Source: Folioceros fuciformis (taxonomy: Eukaryota). Taken from it: a stretch of 48,750 nt of DNA. Location of the stretch: assembly GCA_049999805.1 (NCBI GenBank), contig JBNGIO010005423.1, positions 1 to 48,750 on the forward strand, written 5' to 3'. The notes below the pieces were generated by a model that was given only the letters and a program-made list of their open reading frames with translations, ran no database searches and was not told the DNA's origin. Below are positions 47,743 to 48,750 of the stretch, piece after piece. Numbering within the stretch: position 1 is the first letter of the stretch; each line of letters opens with the position of its first letter. Both the position numbers and the translations under genes were made by a program.

Positions 47743-48750
47743 GCCAGCCCACAGCTTATCTTTCACGCACAATCACGCACGTCTCATTCACCCACGAAAC
47801 ACATGCCTCCAAGCACGCCAGCCACTTCCCGCTGTCGTTTCAAAATAAAACCTTACGATCATCTGTGAACTGAACTCAGTACTTCATGCCTGGCATCACT
47901 CCCACTCTGTTCAAACCCTTGCTGCATTAATCCAACTATGCAGACAACTGTGTATATAGGTCAGAGGAGACTTTATTGAAGAAAATAGGATCGGAAAATC
48001 CACACCTGAAGTATGGGAAGAGCCTAAAAATCAAAAAAAGAAGCGGAGCAGTCGGGTTCAAGGGCAGGCCGGAGTGTCTCCGTCACCGTTGGTAATTTAA
48101 TTTGTCTCATCTTTTTAGGCATATGGGTTTTTATTTTGCTTTCCTACATATAAATGAACATTTATCATTCACTTTGCATGTCATTTGATGAGAATAAAAT
48201 GCACTCAAAATTTTATTTTATTTTATAGGTTAATAGAATTGAATTGCAAGGACATTCGAGCCATGTCAAAAAAATTGGTATTATAGGTGGTTCTCCTTTT
48301 TTGCTGTACTACATCCTTATAACTGATATGAACAAGTCTTCATGTATATATTTTGTCGAATGAAGGAAAAAATCAAAATTCTTCCTCATCTTATAGAAGA
48401 CAAGAAAGAACGTTAAGACTAATGTATAATACTTATTATTGCTATACAACACATCAAAGGCTGACCTAGAGGTTCCCTAGTCCAGTTCATTAATAACTGT
48501 AAATGGTAGGAATTCAATTTTGAAAATATCACGCTTTGCTTCAGTATCCTTTATGTATTTTGCAACACATGCTCTAGCCCACATTGTCATACATATGCTT
48601 TGCATTATATATAGTGACACATCGGTGGTAGCATTGTTATTACACATATCATATTTCGCAACATTCTGCATTTACACTTTAAGGGTCTAAGATTGTCCTA
48701 TAGGGTCTAAGAAATTGCCTCTATATCTTGTTTTATGATGGTGGGCCTTA

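Overview
Eukaryotic nuclear DNA from a land plant, probably a non-seed lineage (inference from compact GT-AG introns and the style of the KAI2/P450 sequences). Six host genes reconstruct as intact: an intronless eu-KAI2 alpha/beta-hydrolase receptor (-), two paralogous 4-exon CYP71-clan P450s (-, 523 aa each), plastid FBPase II (-), an RmlD/MAT2B-like NAD(P)-binding protein (+) and cereblon (-). Three further P450 relics lie at 37.5-40.1 kb. Four of the five P450 segments carry the tail of a decayed, convergent PPR-like gene at their 3' end, which marks the duplication unit. The ~19 kb between the intact P450s holds: a decayed ~1050-codon, intron-containing ORF I cannot identify; a ~2-kb array of 36-bp hairpin units; a Ty1/copia element inserted in that array; a second LTR-PBS fragment with a strong hairpin; and ~560-bp direct repeats. 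The copia has atypical AGTT...AACT LTR ends, an apparent 4-bp TSD and an extra 5' ORF. A CRE-like (RLE) non-LTR retrotransposon fragment and two related LTR-like tracts are also present. Exon boundaries were read by eye and no database searches were run.
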